Positions 1 to 8,888 of a stretch of DNA of 53,993 nucleotides are shown piece after piece; the stretch's first letter is position 1; the number at the start of each line of letters is the position of its first letter. The DNA lies in the IMG/VR virus record IMGVR_UViG_3300049927_000029, positions 1 to 53,993 of that record, one strand, 5' to 3'. The notes beneath the pieces were generated by a model. It was not told the origin of the DNA. It did no database searches and was given only the letters and a program-made list of their open reading frames with translations. The DNA comes from a virus (Duplodnaviria > Caudoviricetes). The position numbers were made by a program, and so were the translations under genes.

Positions 1-362
1 ATCAGGCAGGGGTTTCGGATCCTGCACCAAGATGGCCCCCCCGGTGTCGATAATCGTTCGCATTTGACGTGAAAACGCACCGGAATGGTGCGAAAATGGG
101 GGTGTAGCACGTCAGAGACGTCACTGGACGGGACGCATTCTCATATGGTGCACCGATTCGGTGCGTCGAGGGGCCTCTGGTATGCCAACCCGTCTGACGT
201 CTTATGGTATGCCAAGCTGGATGATGGTATGCCAGTGGGCGGCGGGTCGACGAACGCGCAATCGCTGCGGGTTTGGCCTCACGACCGAAACCGTGGTGCC
301 ACGCCTGGGGCTGCCATGGTGAGAGTGGTGGTGGGTTCTGACGAACGGTACGCGTCCGGCTA

Positions 363-390
363 TTGATACTTGTGAACGCTTGTGTATACT
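363..390 (+). promoter_or_regulatory. putative sigma70 promoter
   Basis: TTGATA-N16-TATACT upstream of ORF at 418; GACGAACGGT box at 340-349 shared with other early promoters. Confidence 0.5.
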
Positions 391-417
391 TGCGGACACA
401 CAAACCGGAGAAACACC

Positions 418-678
418 ATGATCACTTCTACCTCCCTGAAATCCTCTACCTTCATGCCTAAAGTCGTTGAGGGTTGCGACCGGGCGTTGAACAACGCATA
501 CCTCAATGGTACTGACATAGGCCTGGCTTCAGTGCTCAACGCCAAGGGTAAGCTCGCGCTGATTGCGGTCTACCGCACAGGGTACGGTATGGAGTTCCTT
601 GACGCAGAGGACAACGATGTCACCGAGGTGGTGGTGTCCGCTCTGCGCGAGTACCACGGGTACAAAGTATTCCACTGA
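418..678 (+). CDS. hypothetical protein
   Basis: ORF with GGAG SD before ATG 418. Confidence 0.65.
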   Translation: MITSTSLKSSTFMPKVVEGCDRALNNAYLNGTDIGLASVLNAKGKLALIAVYRTGYGMEFLDAEDNDVTEVVVSALREYHGYKVFH

Positions 679-766
679 GTCACCCTCTCCTGGCTACCGT
701 CTGGAGCTTTCAGGGGCTCGCATGAGGCGGTAGCCCTCTCGCTCTGCCCATCGTTCGAACTCGTCT

Positions 767-1120
767 CTATCCGCGTCGTGCATGGCCGATGCCTCCTTCT
801 GCTGCCGTCTTCTCTGCGTGATGGGGGGTGCACAGCGGCTGCCAATTGCCTTCGCTATCCCAGAACAGCTTCATGTCACCTCGGTGGTCGACGACGTGGT
901 CAACCACGTTGGCTGCTGTCACCTTGCCCTGGGCTTCACACATCCTGCATAGCGGATGCTTAGCCAGGTATGCCAAGCGCGCACGCTGCCATTTCCCGCC
1001 ATACCCACGCTGTGCTGTAGTCAGCCCTTCGCGCCATGCGTCAGGGTTCAGCATCTGCACCGACTGCGTGCTGACCTCCTTGGCGCGTGTGGGCTGCATG
1101 GTGACGCGTGACTTAGCCAC
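767..1120 (-). CDS. terminase-associated HNH endonuclease (HK97 gp74-like)
   Basis: KWQRARLAYL..HPLCRMC..VVDHVVDHRGD..FWD..NWQPLCTPHH; precedes the terminase small subunit across the genome junction. Confidence 0.85.
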   Translation of the reverse strand: MAKSRVTMQPTRAKEVSTQSVQMLNPDAWREGLTTAQRGYGGKWQRARLAYLAKHPLCRMCEAQGKVTAANVVDHVVDHRGDMKLFWDSEGNWQPLCTPHHAEKTAAEGGIGHARRG

Positions 1121-1418
1121 GAGTGTTCAACCCTGACGGCCTAGCGTTAAGCACGGGACGTTCTAGCTCCTCGGGTGCGGCGGGTGGTTCACCCTGGGCC
1201 ACCAATCGCTCCACAGCGACGCACAGGCGGGTCAGCAGGCCGGTGTAGTCGACACTCACGGACGCATCAGCGCCACCGTCGAGCACCATTGGTTCTAGGC
1301 CCAACTGCTCAGCGATCGGGGTGATGTGGTCGGTCAACAGGTCTACCAGGGATTTCCCGATCACTTGCGGAATCCGCAGTACCAGTAATCCGTTGCTTGA
1401 GTTCTTCGAATCGTTCAT
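1113..1418 (-). CDS. hypothetical protein
   Basis: 101-aa ORF overlapping the HNH start. Confidence 0.6.
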   Translation of the reverse strand: MNDSKNSSNGLLVLRIPQVIGKSLVDLLTDHITPIAEQLGLEPMVLDGGADASVSVDYTGLLTRLCVAVERLVAQGEPPAAPEELERPVLNARPSGLNTRG

Positions 1419-1482
1419 TGGCTAAGTCCAGTAGTCGTTTGAGTTTGGCCCTTCGCCGGGCGCACGCAGAGCAGGCCATCAT
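1309..1482 (-). CDS. small hypothetical protein (CxxC, basic N-terminus)
   Basis: MMACSACARRRAKLK..., AGGAAG upstream; overlaps the next ORF. Confidence 0.4.
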   Translation of the reverse strand: MMACSACARRRAKLKRLLDLANERFEELKQRITGTADSASDREIPGRPVDRPHHPDR

Positions 1483-1626
1483 TTTGCTTCCTGAGGAAAG
1501 GTTATCAGGATAATCCTTTTCGTAACCCGAGAACACCGAACCGGGATAAGCGTCTCGGCCAGGGGTCGTTATCTGCATTACGCGCAATTCTTGCGGGTTT
1601 GTCTCTTTTCATCAAATCCGCAAAAA

Positions 1627-1762
1627 GCTACAAAAACCCCGGATGCTACATTGCTACACTACTACACCCCTAAAGGGGGTGATGTAGTAGTTGTAGCAGA
1701 ACACTTAGCACCTTCCGCTACAACTACAAATAGCTAAAAATAGCATTTGTAGCAGATGTAGC
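1627..1762. repeat. putative replication origin: CTACA/TGTAG repeats and long inverted repeat
   Basis: GCTACACTACTACACCCCT-AAA-GGGGGTGATGTAGTAGTTGTAGC plus further GCTACA/TGTAGC copies, non-coding, just downstream of the primase-helicase. Confidence 0.55.
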
Positions 1763-1784
1763 AGCAATTATTGCGGATTCGCAT

Positions 1785-3803
1785 TTATTGCGCGTCCGCT
1801 TCTTTAGGCAGACAGATGGCGCCAGGCGTCCTTTGTTCCAGTAGACCTTCGTTAATCAGAGAGGTGATCGCCCTGGCCGCTATGCTTTTACGTTGATCCC
1901 GGACACCATTATCCAGGGGCATTTCAACGAGCATCGCGGCTATGAGTTCCTGCGTTGCCACTTCGCCGACAGGGTTCAGACCGATCATGTCGTGCGCCTT
2001 GTCGAAGGCCAAACGCTTGTTCTTACCTGTGATCCCTTTGTCGTTCTTCAGCTTTGCCGATACTTCACAGAACTCAACGATACAGCTCGTGATATCGTCG
2101 CCGTCGTCATCTTCCCCGAGCACCACGGTGTGCAGCTTAAAGCCCATGCTAGCGCCGTCCTGCCCGTCCTTGAGCTTAGTTACCTTGATAGCGCGATCAT
2201 TCTCCTTACGCGTGATCTCCAGCTCCACGTCAGCAGCAGCGCGAAGACCGGACCAGCCTCGGGCACCTTTGCCGGCGTCCTTACCGCTATGGTGCACCAG
2301 AAGTACCATAGCGCCAGTTTTGACGTTGATCCGCTTACATTGGGCCAGAGCGCTGCCTACGTCCTTACCACTGTTCTCGTCCGCGCCGGCCATAACCTGA
2401 GCGAAGGTGTCCATAACGATTAGGTCGTACGGCTCACGCTCCTTGATCTCCTTTATCAGATCCGTAACCAGGTTCGGTTCGGTCAGGTTTGGTATGAAGT
2501 CGCTGATGTAGTCAACGTCAAAGTCTCCTGGGCTTATGCCCTGTTGATGGCAATACGCGTCAATACGCTGCCGAAAGCCCTGAGCGCCCTCTGCTACTAC
2601 TATAAGAACGCGACCCTGGTTTACGCGCTTGCCGCACCACGTCTCCAGCCCTCGCGAGACAGCGGCACACAGGTCGTAAACCAAGAAGGATTTACCCGAA
2701 CCCGATTCACCATATATGACTCCTAACGTCGCTTTAGGCAGGAAGTTTTTCACCAGCCAAGGGATTTTACGGAAGCTGCTCGTGAACTCAGACTGAGAAC
2801 GGATGTTGAACTTGCCGCCTTTAGGCATCGGCAAAGCTTCGAAATCGTCTATCGAGGCAACGTTAACGACTATCGGGCAGCCAAGGGCTTGCGCCTCGCG
2901 CAAAACAGACCAAAAGGTCTTCTCGTCGCCAGAGTAATTGCCCAGGGTCGACCACTTGGACCGAATTTCATCAGGGCCCTCATAATCGGCGATGCCCTGG
3001 CTCCATTCGTCCCATATCCACTCGCCCTCGCCCTCAGTTTCGTGGTGTATTGCTGCACCTATCGCCAGCCACCGCTTGTAATCGCCCGCCGCAGTCCACT
3101 GCAACACTTCCTTTATCTGCGCATCCGTAAGCCCTACGCGCTCCTTGTCGCTCTTGCCTATAGATATCTCACGAATGACTTGAGGTCCGAACCGCTTTTC
3201 ACAGGTTTCAAGGAGCAACGCTGATGGCTCGGCCACTTCGTCTTCACAGCCGAAGGTAAGCGTGTCGTCGGTCATGTCCCCGGTAAAGGTCACGAACCTG
3301 GACGAACTGTAGGTTTCAAAGCCGAAAGACCCATCATCAGGGTGCGCGTCGCTACGATCCCCGAGGTTGCCTCTTACGAAGGCTCGGACGCCTGTACCTG
3401 AGGGGCTGATCTCGGCGTAGGTGCCGACGATCAACGCTTCAACATCGGGGTGGATAACTCCGTCAGAAACGCAATGGTCGAAGTCCAGAGCGGTGATCGG
3501 GCAACCCTTCACCATGGCGATGCCTACGCCAGTCATGCCACGTTGCATAGCTGCGGCTTTAGCTTCCTCAAAGGTCACCAGCAGAGGCAATTCTTCTTCA
3601 GAACCCTGACCTAGTTTCTTGCTGCGTACACCCGGCATCCAGCCGCGCTTAGTACCGGATTTGGCGTAGTACGGAACCTTAAGATCTTTTTTTCCGGCTT
3701 TAGGGTTAGGTTCGAATTTCCATACCAGCCATTGTTTAAGATCGCGAAGCGCCGCTGGCGCCCGCAGCGACTTTATATTCGACTTTTCAAAAGCTGGCAT
3801 CAT
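1785..3803 (-). CDS. primase-polymerase/helicase (primase + PriCT-2 + AAA_25 RepA-like helicase)
   Basis: DFDHC, EISPSGTG primase motifs; Walker A GESGSGKS; Walker B LIVMDT; VHHSGKD..RGWSGL. Confidence 0.85.
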   Translation of the reverse strand: MMPAFEKSNIKSLRAPAALRDLKQWLVWKFEPNPKAGKKDLKVPYYAKSGTKRGWMPGVRSKKLGQGSEEELPLLVTFEEAKAAAMQRGMTGVGIAMVKGCPITALDFDHCVSDGVIHPDVEALIVGTYAEISPSGTGVRAFVRGNLGDRSDAHPDDGSFGFETYSSSRFVTFTGDMTDDTLTFGCEDEVAEPSALLLETCEKRFGPQVIREISIGKSDKERVGLTDAQIKEVLQWTAAGDYKRWLAIGAAIHHETEGEGEWIWDEWSQGIADYEGPDEIRSKWSTLGNYSGDEKTFWSVLREAQALGCPIVVNVASIDDFEALPMPKGGKFNIRSQSEFTSSFRKIPWLVKNFLPKATLGVIYGESGSGKSFLVYDLCAAVSRGLETWCGKRVNQGRVLIVVAEGAQGFRQRIDAYCHQQGISPGDFDVDYISDFIPNLTEPNLVTDLIKEIKEREPYDLIVMDTFAQVMAGADENSGKDVGSALAQCKRINVKTGAMVLLVHHSGKDAGKGARGWSGLRAAADVELEITRKENDRAIKVTKLKDGQDGASMGFKLHTVVLGEDDDGDDITSCIVEFCEVSAKLKNDKGITGKNKRLAFDKAHDMIGLNPVGEVATQELIAAMLVEMPLDNGVRDQRKSIAARAITSLINEGLLEQRTPGAICLPKEADAQ

Positions 3804-4024
3804 TTATCACCGCCTAACAGCGCCCGATGTTTAGGATGTATTAGCCGAGCGCGGGGGACGCCGGACAAACTTTCCACCCGGATGATATGGGCCACGGGAA
3901 CCCACCCACATTTCACCCAACGCGAAACCGCTTGGTGCGAAACACCAACCTGACGCGCTAGGGCACCCTGGCCGCCTGCGGCGAGGATCGCGTCAATTAC
4001 CCCAGATGTTTCTTGATCCGACAT
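3800..4024 (-). CDS. Cro/YdaS-like HTH protein
   Basis: GGQGALARQVGVSHQAVSRW..IESLSGVPRARL. Confidence 0.8.
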   Translation of the reverse strand: MSDQETSGVIDAILAAGGQGALARQVGVSHQAVSRWVKCGWVPVAHIIRVESLSGVPRARLIHPKHRALLGGDK

Positions 4025-4124
4025 TCCGATATCTCCGTTTTGCTGATGGCGAGAGCATACGCTTGCTTGTCAGGGATTTCTACATTATGTTGCGGACTAG
4101 CGCAAACGATAGACGAGGTGAAAC

Positions 4125-4583
4125 ATGATTGAGTACAGCAAAGAGCAGGTAGAGGAAATCCTTGAGCAGCACCGCCTTTACCGGGAATACCGCCGAGAGC
4201 AAAGCAAGCACGACTACCGTGATCTCGAAGCTATGAAAGATCGGCCTAAGGGTGCCAAGGCCGTATTCAACGGGGCCATGCTAGATGGGCTCGATTTCAG
4301 TCGCATGGACTTGGCCGGCGTCGAATTCCGTAATGCCAGCTTGCGAGACGCAAATTTCAGCTATTCCTACTTGGCCCGCTGCAGCTTCAACGGCGCCAAT
4401 CTGCTACGTGCAGGCTTCCGTTACGCGGTTTTGGATTTCGCGAATATGTGGGTATGCAACGCCAGGGGCGCGGACTTCAGATATGCAGAAATGCACGGCG
4501 CGGATCTCTCCGAGGCATGCCTAGAAGGGGCGAACTTTGAGTTCGCAAACCTAGCCTACAACTGCCGAAAAGATATGGACTGA
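4125..4583 (+). CDS. pentapeptide repeat protein
   Basis: tandem ASLRD/ANFSY/ANLLR/ADLSE/ANFEF repeats; GAGGTG SD. Confidence 0.85.
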   Translation: MIEYSKEQVEEILEQHRLYREYRREQSKHDYRDLEAMKDRPKGAKAVFNGAMLDGLDFSRMDLAGVEFRNASLRDANFSYSYLARCSFNGANLLRAGFRYAVLDFANMWVCNARGADFRYAEMHGADLSEACLEGANFEFANLAYNCRKDMD

Positions 4584-4616
4584 AACCTTTAGGGCACCGC
4601 AAGGTGCCCACTCTCG

Positions 4617-4931
4617 TCATGCCTGTTCTGAGAAATCCGGAGAAGCCAAAGCTGCGGCGTATTTCGGGTTCATCAGTTCGGTTCGAGGAACGCCATAAAG
4701 GCTTTCGATCTCCGGGATGCGTCCGAGTGGTACGTAACCGATCTTTAACCACTGCTGGACAGCCTGGTAGGACACCCCGAGCTTATCGGAGAGGTTCTGC
4801 AAGCTGCCGGCGCGCACGACAGCATCGAGGATGCCGCTGTACTTAGAGGCGTCGTGCAAAGCGTTCATTACGGCCAGGGTGGCGCCGTTCTGTGCTGCGT
4901 GCTGGTTCAGCTCTTTCAGTTTCTTGTCCAT
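4617..4931 (-). CDS. Cro/YdaS-like HTH protein (paralog of 3800-4024)
   Basis: GSLQNLSDKLGVSYQAVQQW..IESLYGVPRTEL; start chosen at MDKKL. Confidence 0.7.
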   Translation of the reverse strand: MDKKLKELNQHAAQNGATLAVMNALHDASKYSGILDAVVRAGSLQNLSDKLGVSYQAVQQWLKIGYVPLGRIPEIESLYGVPRTELMNPKYAAALASPDFSEQA

Positions 4932-5018
4932 CGGGGATTCTCTTGCTTGTTTAGGGATTTCGCGCAGCCTACGGCGATTCACAAGAAAAAGCAACTTATG
5001 ACCGTTCATCGGATCTAC

Positions 5019-5047
5019 TAGACAATACAAGTAACAGCTTGTATTCT
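5019..5047 (+). promoter_or_regulatory. early sigma70-like promoter with palindromic spacer
   Basis: TAGACA-N17-TATTCT, contains TACAAG-N6-CTTGTA; near-identical copies at 5897 and 16655. Confidence 0.7.
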
Positions 5048-5146
5048 TTGAATCAAGGAAACCAGAAAGACAGGCGGAATGCTAGCCCTTCTGATGCCAC
5101 TCCAAGCCCGGTTCGCCGGCCCACTCACCTACTAGGAGCAACCGCC

Positions 5147-5185
5147 ATGATCACCGGCCTGCTGATTCTTCTGCTCTTGTTCTAA
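5147..5185 (+). CDS. 12-aa hydrophobic peptide MITGLLILLLLF
   Basis: AGGAG SD upstream, first ORF after the promoter. Confidence 0.4.
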   Translation: MITGLLILLLLF

Positions 5186-5303
5186 CCCCTCCGAACCACA
5201 CCAAGCCCGCCGATGCGGGCTAAGTCAGTGCCGCACAGACATGATAACGACGGCGTTGTACAGCACGGATGCTACCCAACCTAATCACTTGAGGTAGCCC
5301 AAA

Positions 5304-5819
5304 ATGAAAAACTTATCAGTAGTATTCATCGACCTGGAAGACGCATCCAACGCAGTCGAGAACGTATCTCGGGACTTTTTCCAAGTCCTGCGTGAGGAAG
5401 ACGTTAACGACGTGGAGCACCTGAACAAGATCGCCGCTGACGCCTACCAGGCGAACGGGTGGAGTCTGACCAAGGGGCGCCCCGCAGCGGACGCGACAGA
5501 CAAGCCGGCTCCGGATGTCGTTAAACAGTACCTGTCCTACGCTCGCCGGGGCTTCGCGCTCAAGCTGGACGTGAAGTCTTTCGAGACCATGTACAAACTG
5601 AAGGAAGCGATTGCTACGCCCCCAGTAGTACTGGCCGCGAACGACGCCGATAAGAAGCCGGAGCAACACCCTACCTTCGCCAAGAGTTCTACCTGTGTCG
5701 CGATTGGCGCCCTGTGGGAGCACTTGCCGCCGGATGTGCAGGCCGAGTTCGATAACGAAGTGCTGAAGCTCTTGGCGCGGTTTGGTAAGAAGATGCACGG
5801 CCTGCTGGACGCCGGCTAA
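5304..5819 (+). CDS. hypothetical protein
   Basis: 171-aa ORF, GAGGT SD, followed by terminator. Confidence 0.75.
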   Translation: MKNLSVVFIDLEDASNAVENVSRDFFQVLREEDVNDVEHLNKIAADAYQANGWSLTKGRPAADATDKPAPDVVKQYLSYARRGFALKLDVKSFETMYKLKEAIATPPVVLAANDADKKPEQHPTFAKSSTCVAIGALWEHLPPDVQAEFDNEVLKLLARFGKKMHGLLDAG

Positions 5820-5841
5820 AGGTTATCCGGATAACGATTAA
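5814..5841. repeat. dispersed palindromic motif GTTATCCGGATAAC
   Basis: related copies at 1497-1520, 16593-16620, 41532-41556. Confidence 0.65.
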
Positions 5842-5845
5842 AACT

Positions 5846-5872
5846 AACCCCACTTCGGTGGGGTTTTTCTTT
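5846..5872 (+). terminator. rho-independent terminator
   Basis: AACCCCAC-TTCG-GTGGGGTT followed by T-tract. Confidence 0.85.
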
Positions 5873-5896
5873 CCCGACGAACGGTGAAAATAGCAC

Positions 5897-5925
5897 TAGA
5901 CAATACAAGTGACTGCTTGTAATCT
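5897..5925 (+). promoter_or_regulatory. early sigma70-like promoter with palindromic spacer
   Basis: TAGACA-N17-TAATCT, TACAAG-N6-CTTGTA. Confidence 0.7.
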
Positions 5926-5963
5926 ACAACCACTGAAACGCAAAACACAACGGAGTGACAGAC

Positions 5964-6140
5964 ATGAACAACTTCAAAGCCCAAGACGAAGCTCTGAAAG
6001 CAGCTCGCGCTGCAGTCAACGTCCTGACCTTCGGCACCACTGAATGGGAAGCTGCGATGCAGGTTGTTCGTGACCTCTGCGAGAAGGCTAACGCAGCCGA
6101 CAACGCTATCCTGAACCATCGCTGCGACTTCAACCGGTGA
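5964..6140 (+). CDS. hypothetical protein
   Basis: ORF with GGAG SD; GTGA overlap with next ORF. Confidence 0.65.
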   Translation: MNNFKAQDEALKAARAAVNVLTFGTTEWEAAMQVVRDLCEKANAADNAILNHRCDFNR

Positions 6141-6784
6141 AGCCGGGCGTTCACTACCCAAGGGACGGGTTGACGTATATGAAAGGGCAATGCGGGGCCA
6201 TCTCGCTAAGCTCTGATACCGACCTGAAAGGGGTCACTTGTGAAAAATGCAAAATAATTCTTGAGGATGATATGACGACAAAAATCAGCTTTGAAGACTG
6301 GATGCGAAATAACGGGATTGTCCGGAAGCATCTTCGGGAGAAGCAAAAACGCGAAATGGTGCTGAAGTGGAAATCCGAGCAACAACTACCGACACAGGAG
6401 CCCCCAACCATGAAATGTCTTCTCGCTTCCCTCGCAATCATCACTACCCTTTCCGGGTGCTCGACCATCATGAACGACCGTATGACTGACGTGCAGGTCA
6501 CGTCCGAACCAAGCGGTCAGCACTTCAGCATTACCGACGAAGACGGCAAGCGGGTCGCTACAGGCGTCACGCCGGCTAAAGTTAACCTGGACGCTGCAGC
6601 GGGGTTCTTCGATGGGCAGACCTACCAGGTGGCGTACGACAAAGGTCCGACCGTGGAACTCGACTCGCGCGTCACGGGATGGTACTGGGTCGGCTTTTGT
6701 ATCAGCGTGGTGTCGGGCCTGATCGTTGATCCTATTACCGGCGATATGTTTTCGCTTCCTGATAACGTGAACGGGACTTACTGA
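6137..6784 (+). CDS. ORF whose C-terminal 124 aa (internal ATG 6410) is a predicted lipoprotein
   Basis: MKCLLASLAIITTLSG-C signal peptide/lipobox with AGGAG SD before 6410. Confidence 0.65.
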   Translation: MKPGVHYPRDGLTYMKGQCGAISLSSDTDLKGVTCEKCKIILEDDMTTKISFEDWMRNNGIVRKHLREKQKREMVLKWKSEQQLPTQEPPTMKCLLASLAIITTLSGCSTIMNDRMTDVQVTSEPSGQHFSITDEDGKRVATGVTPAKVNLDAAAGFFDGQTYQVAYDKGPTVELDSRVTGWYWVGFCISVVSGLIVDPITGDMFSLPDNVNGTY

Positions 6785-6785
6785 A

Positions 6786-6995
6786 ATGAGCGAATTCAAA
6801 CCTCACGTCCCGAACGGCGCTAGGCGGCCGGTTGGCGTAAAGCCTGAACAGAAGGTTCACGTTCGGGGAGGCGGCCAAGAGCTTATCGCCACAGCCAATC
6901 GTGTCGACTGGCGGAACGTCTCTGCATGGAAAGAGACGGATGCCGAAGCAACCCTGAGCGTTAACTATGCCAATTGTGATGGGGAGTGCGACTAA
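6786..6995 (+). CDS. hypothetical protein
   Basis: tightly packed ORF. Confidence 0.6.
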   Translation: MSEFKPHVPNGARRPVGVKPEQKVHVRGGGQELIATANRVDWRNVSAWKETDAEATLSVNYANCDGECD

Positions 6996-7120
6996 TGAAA
7001 AAGCGCCCAGCTAAACCCAAGATGTCAAAAGTCAACACCAGCGACTGCGCCAAAGGCCAGATGCATGACCAAGTGGCCCAAAAGCTTATGTTCACTACCC
7101 TTTCAGGCTTTATCGCCTAA
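6995..7120 (+). CDS. 41-aa hypothetical protein
   Basis: TAATG overlap, GGGGAG SD; read manually. Confidence 0.5.
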   Translation: MKKRPAKPKMSKVNTSDCAKGQMHDQVAQKLMFTTLSGFIA

Positions 7121-7133
7121 CAGGAGATTCGCC

Positions 7134-7724
7134 ATGCCAACCGGATACACAGCCGATATCAAAGACGGCATTAGCTTTGAACAATTCGCCCTTAACTGCG
7201 CTAAGGCGTTCGGCGCCTGCATTTCGATGCGTGACCTTCCAGCGGATACGCCGATCCCTGAGCGCTTCGTAGCGTCGCCTTATCACCTCGACCAGCTTAC
7301 CCAAGCTCGTAACCTGCTCCGCTTCTACGAGGGCTTCTCGCCGGAGGAAGCGACGCGCAAAGCCAACGAGGAGTTTGCCGATGCAGAGTTGAACCGCAAC
7401 CGCCGGCTGCATGAAAACAAAACCTTGCTCGAGCATTATCAAGCGATGCTTCGGCAGGCGAACGAATGGACGCCGCCGTCTGAGGATCATGCCGAGCTGA
7501 AGAAATTCATGATTCAGCAGATCGAAGACAGCATGAAGTGGGACGACAGCAGCGAATACCTGTCGGTGCCTACGCCACAGCTAAGCGCCGAAGAGTGGCT
7601 TGAGAGCAAGAAGGCGAAAGCGCTCAAAGATGTCGAGTACCACAAAAAGGAATGGGCGGCGGAAGTTGAGCGGACCGAACAGCGCAACACCTGGCTGCAA
7701 CAGCTTCGAGAATCTTTGGCGTGA
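7134..7724 (+). CDS. hypothetical protein (MPTGYTA..., helical)
   Basis: AGGAG SD before ATG 7134. Confidence 0.75.
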   Translation: MPTGYTADIKDGISFEQFALNCAKAFGACISMRDLPADTPIPERFVASPYHLDQLTQARNLLRFYEGFSPEEATRKANEEFADAELNRNRRLHENKTLLEHYQAMLRQANEWTPPSEDHAELKKFMIQQIEDSMKWDDSSEYLSVPTPQLSAEEWLESKKAKALKDVEYHKKEWAAEVERTEQRNTWLQQLRESLA

Positions 7725-7879
7725 CCCTCCTATGCCCCAAGTGCGGTAACCCGGACGTGATACGGATGAGCAGCTTACGCATTATTTACTGCGTCGATTG
7801 CCATACGGAATCACCCTGGCCGTTGAAGGACGGCCAGAAGCCTTTGATAAATACGAACCGAGGAGATCGGAAGAAATGA
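7721..7879 (+). CDS. small zinc-ribbon protein
   Basis: CPKCG..CVDC; GTGA and ATGA overlaps at both ends; read manually. Confidence 0.55.
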   Translation: MTLLCPKCGNPDVIRMSSLRIIYCVDCHTESPWPLKDGQKPLINTNRGDRKK

Positions 7880-8043
7880 TCTTCAAACCCGAACAGACTG
7901 TCCGCATTAACGACACGCAGAGCGAGTACCACAAGTGCCTGGCGCGTGTCGTGAAGGTCGGTACGAAGAGCTACGACGTAACGGTAGGTGCCACCCGCCT
8001 GCGCGTCGTCCCCGAACAACTGCTAGGAGTACGCAAGCCGTAA
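7876..8043 (+). CDS. small KOW/SH3-like hypothetical protein
   Basis: FKPEQTVRI..ARVVKVG; GAGGAG SD. Confidence 0.55.
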   Translation: MIFKPEQTVRINDTQSEYHKCLARVVKVGTKSYDVTVGATRLRVVPEQLLGVRKP

Positions 8044-8111
8044 TGGACGACGCCGACTTCATGTTCCTGACCGTGCTGTGCCTAATTGCAATCGCGTTCT
8101 ACTTCGCCTAG
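8043..8111 (+). CDS. 22-aa membrane peptide
   Basis: MDDADFMFLTVLCLIAIAFYFA; TAATG overlap. Confidence 0.45.
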   Translation: MDDADFMFLTVLCLIAIAFYFA

Positions 8112-8119
8112 GAGGCGCC

Positions 8120-8302
8120 ATGCTTCAGCCGCCAGTATCTGACTTAACCCCATGGCTGCCCGGCCACTGGATCACGCAAACCGGGTACGCACTGAACGAA
8201 CGGGATGTAGAGGTCGGCGTCAAAGACGACCGCCGCTGTGTAGATATGCAGACCACCGTGTCTGTAGTGGATTCGATAATGGAAAAGGTGATGCGCAAAT
8301 GA
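8120..8302 (+). CDS. hypothetical protein
   Basis: AGGAGG SD before ATG 8120. Confidence 0.6.
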   Translation: MLQPPVSDLTPWLPGHWITQTGYALNERDVEVGVKDDRRCVDMQTTVSVVDSIMEKVMRK

Positions 8303-8601
8303 ACAATGTAAACGGTTTGACAGCTGCTGAAGCAGAACGATTGACGATGCTTGCCGAGGAATGTGCCGAGGTTATCCAAGCTGTGAGCAAAATTCTTCGC
8401 CACGGCTACGAAAGCCGTAATCCAGATTTGGAAAACTCGCCTACCAATCGCGAGCACCTTGATAAAGAGGTTTTGGATTTCTACTCCGTGCAAATGATGA
8501 TGCTTAACGCTGGTGATCTGCGTTTCTTCGACGGCGAGGAAGTAGGCGAAGCGCGGCGTCGCAAATTGCGCTACACCCACTTCCAGGGCGGTGACGTATG
8601 A
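8299..8601 (+). CDS. MazG-like nucleotide pyrophosphohydrolase
   Basis: LAEECAEVIQAVSKILRHG..LDKEVLD (EExxE..ExxD). Confidence 0.7.
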   Translation: MNNVNGLTAAEAERLTMLAEECAEVIQAVSKILRHGYESRNPDLENSPTNREHLDKEVLDFYSVQMMMLNAGDLRFFDGEEVGEARRRKLRYTHFQGGDV

Positions 8602-8888
8602 CCAATCTCGTACTGACACGCAAAGCCGGCCAGGCGGTACGGCTGATTGCTTTTGACCGTGAAGAACCAGAGTTCGTAGATATCCTGGAAGTCTGCGGCG
8701 GCTTCTGCAAGATGCGCATCCGATCAACGATGCGAGTAGAGCGCGTTCGCTTCAGGGATTCGATGCAGATCTCGACCAACGTTTCCGTTTGCGTCGTGGA
8801 CCTCGCCAAAGGCCACGTCAAGCTCAATTTCACCGCACCGCGGGAAGTACAGATCCTGCGTACCGAACTGATAAAGGAGGGTGTATGA
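8598..8888 (+). CDS. CsrA/RsmA-like RNA-binding protein, tandem form
   Basis: LVLTRKAGQAV..; C-terminal VKLNFTAPREVQILRTEL matches the CsrA beta4-beta5 pattern. Confidence 0.7.
   Translation: MTNLVLTRKAGQAVRLIAFDREEPEFVDILEVCGGFCKMRIRSTMRVERVRFRDSMQISTNVSVCVVDLAKGHVKLNFTAPREVQILRTELIKEGV

Noticed and set aside
2-403. ORFs in the first 400 bp
   Set aside because: No motifs or SDs; repeat-rich putative cos region.
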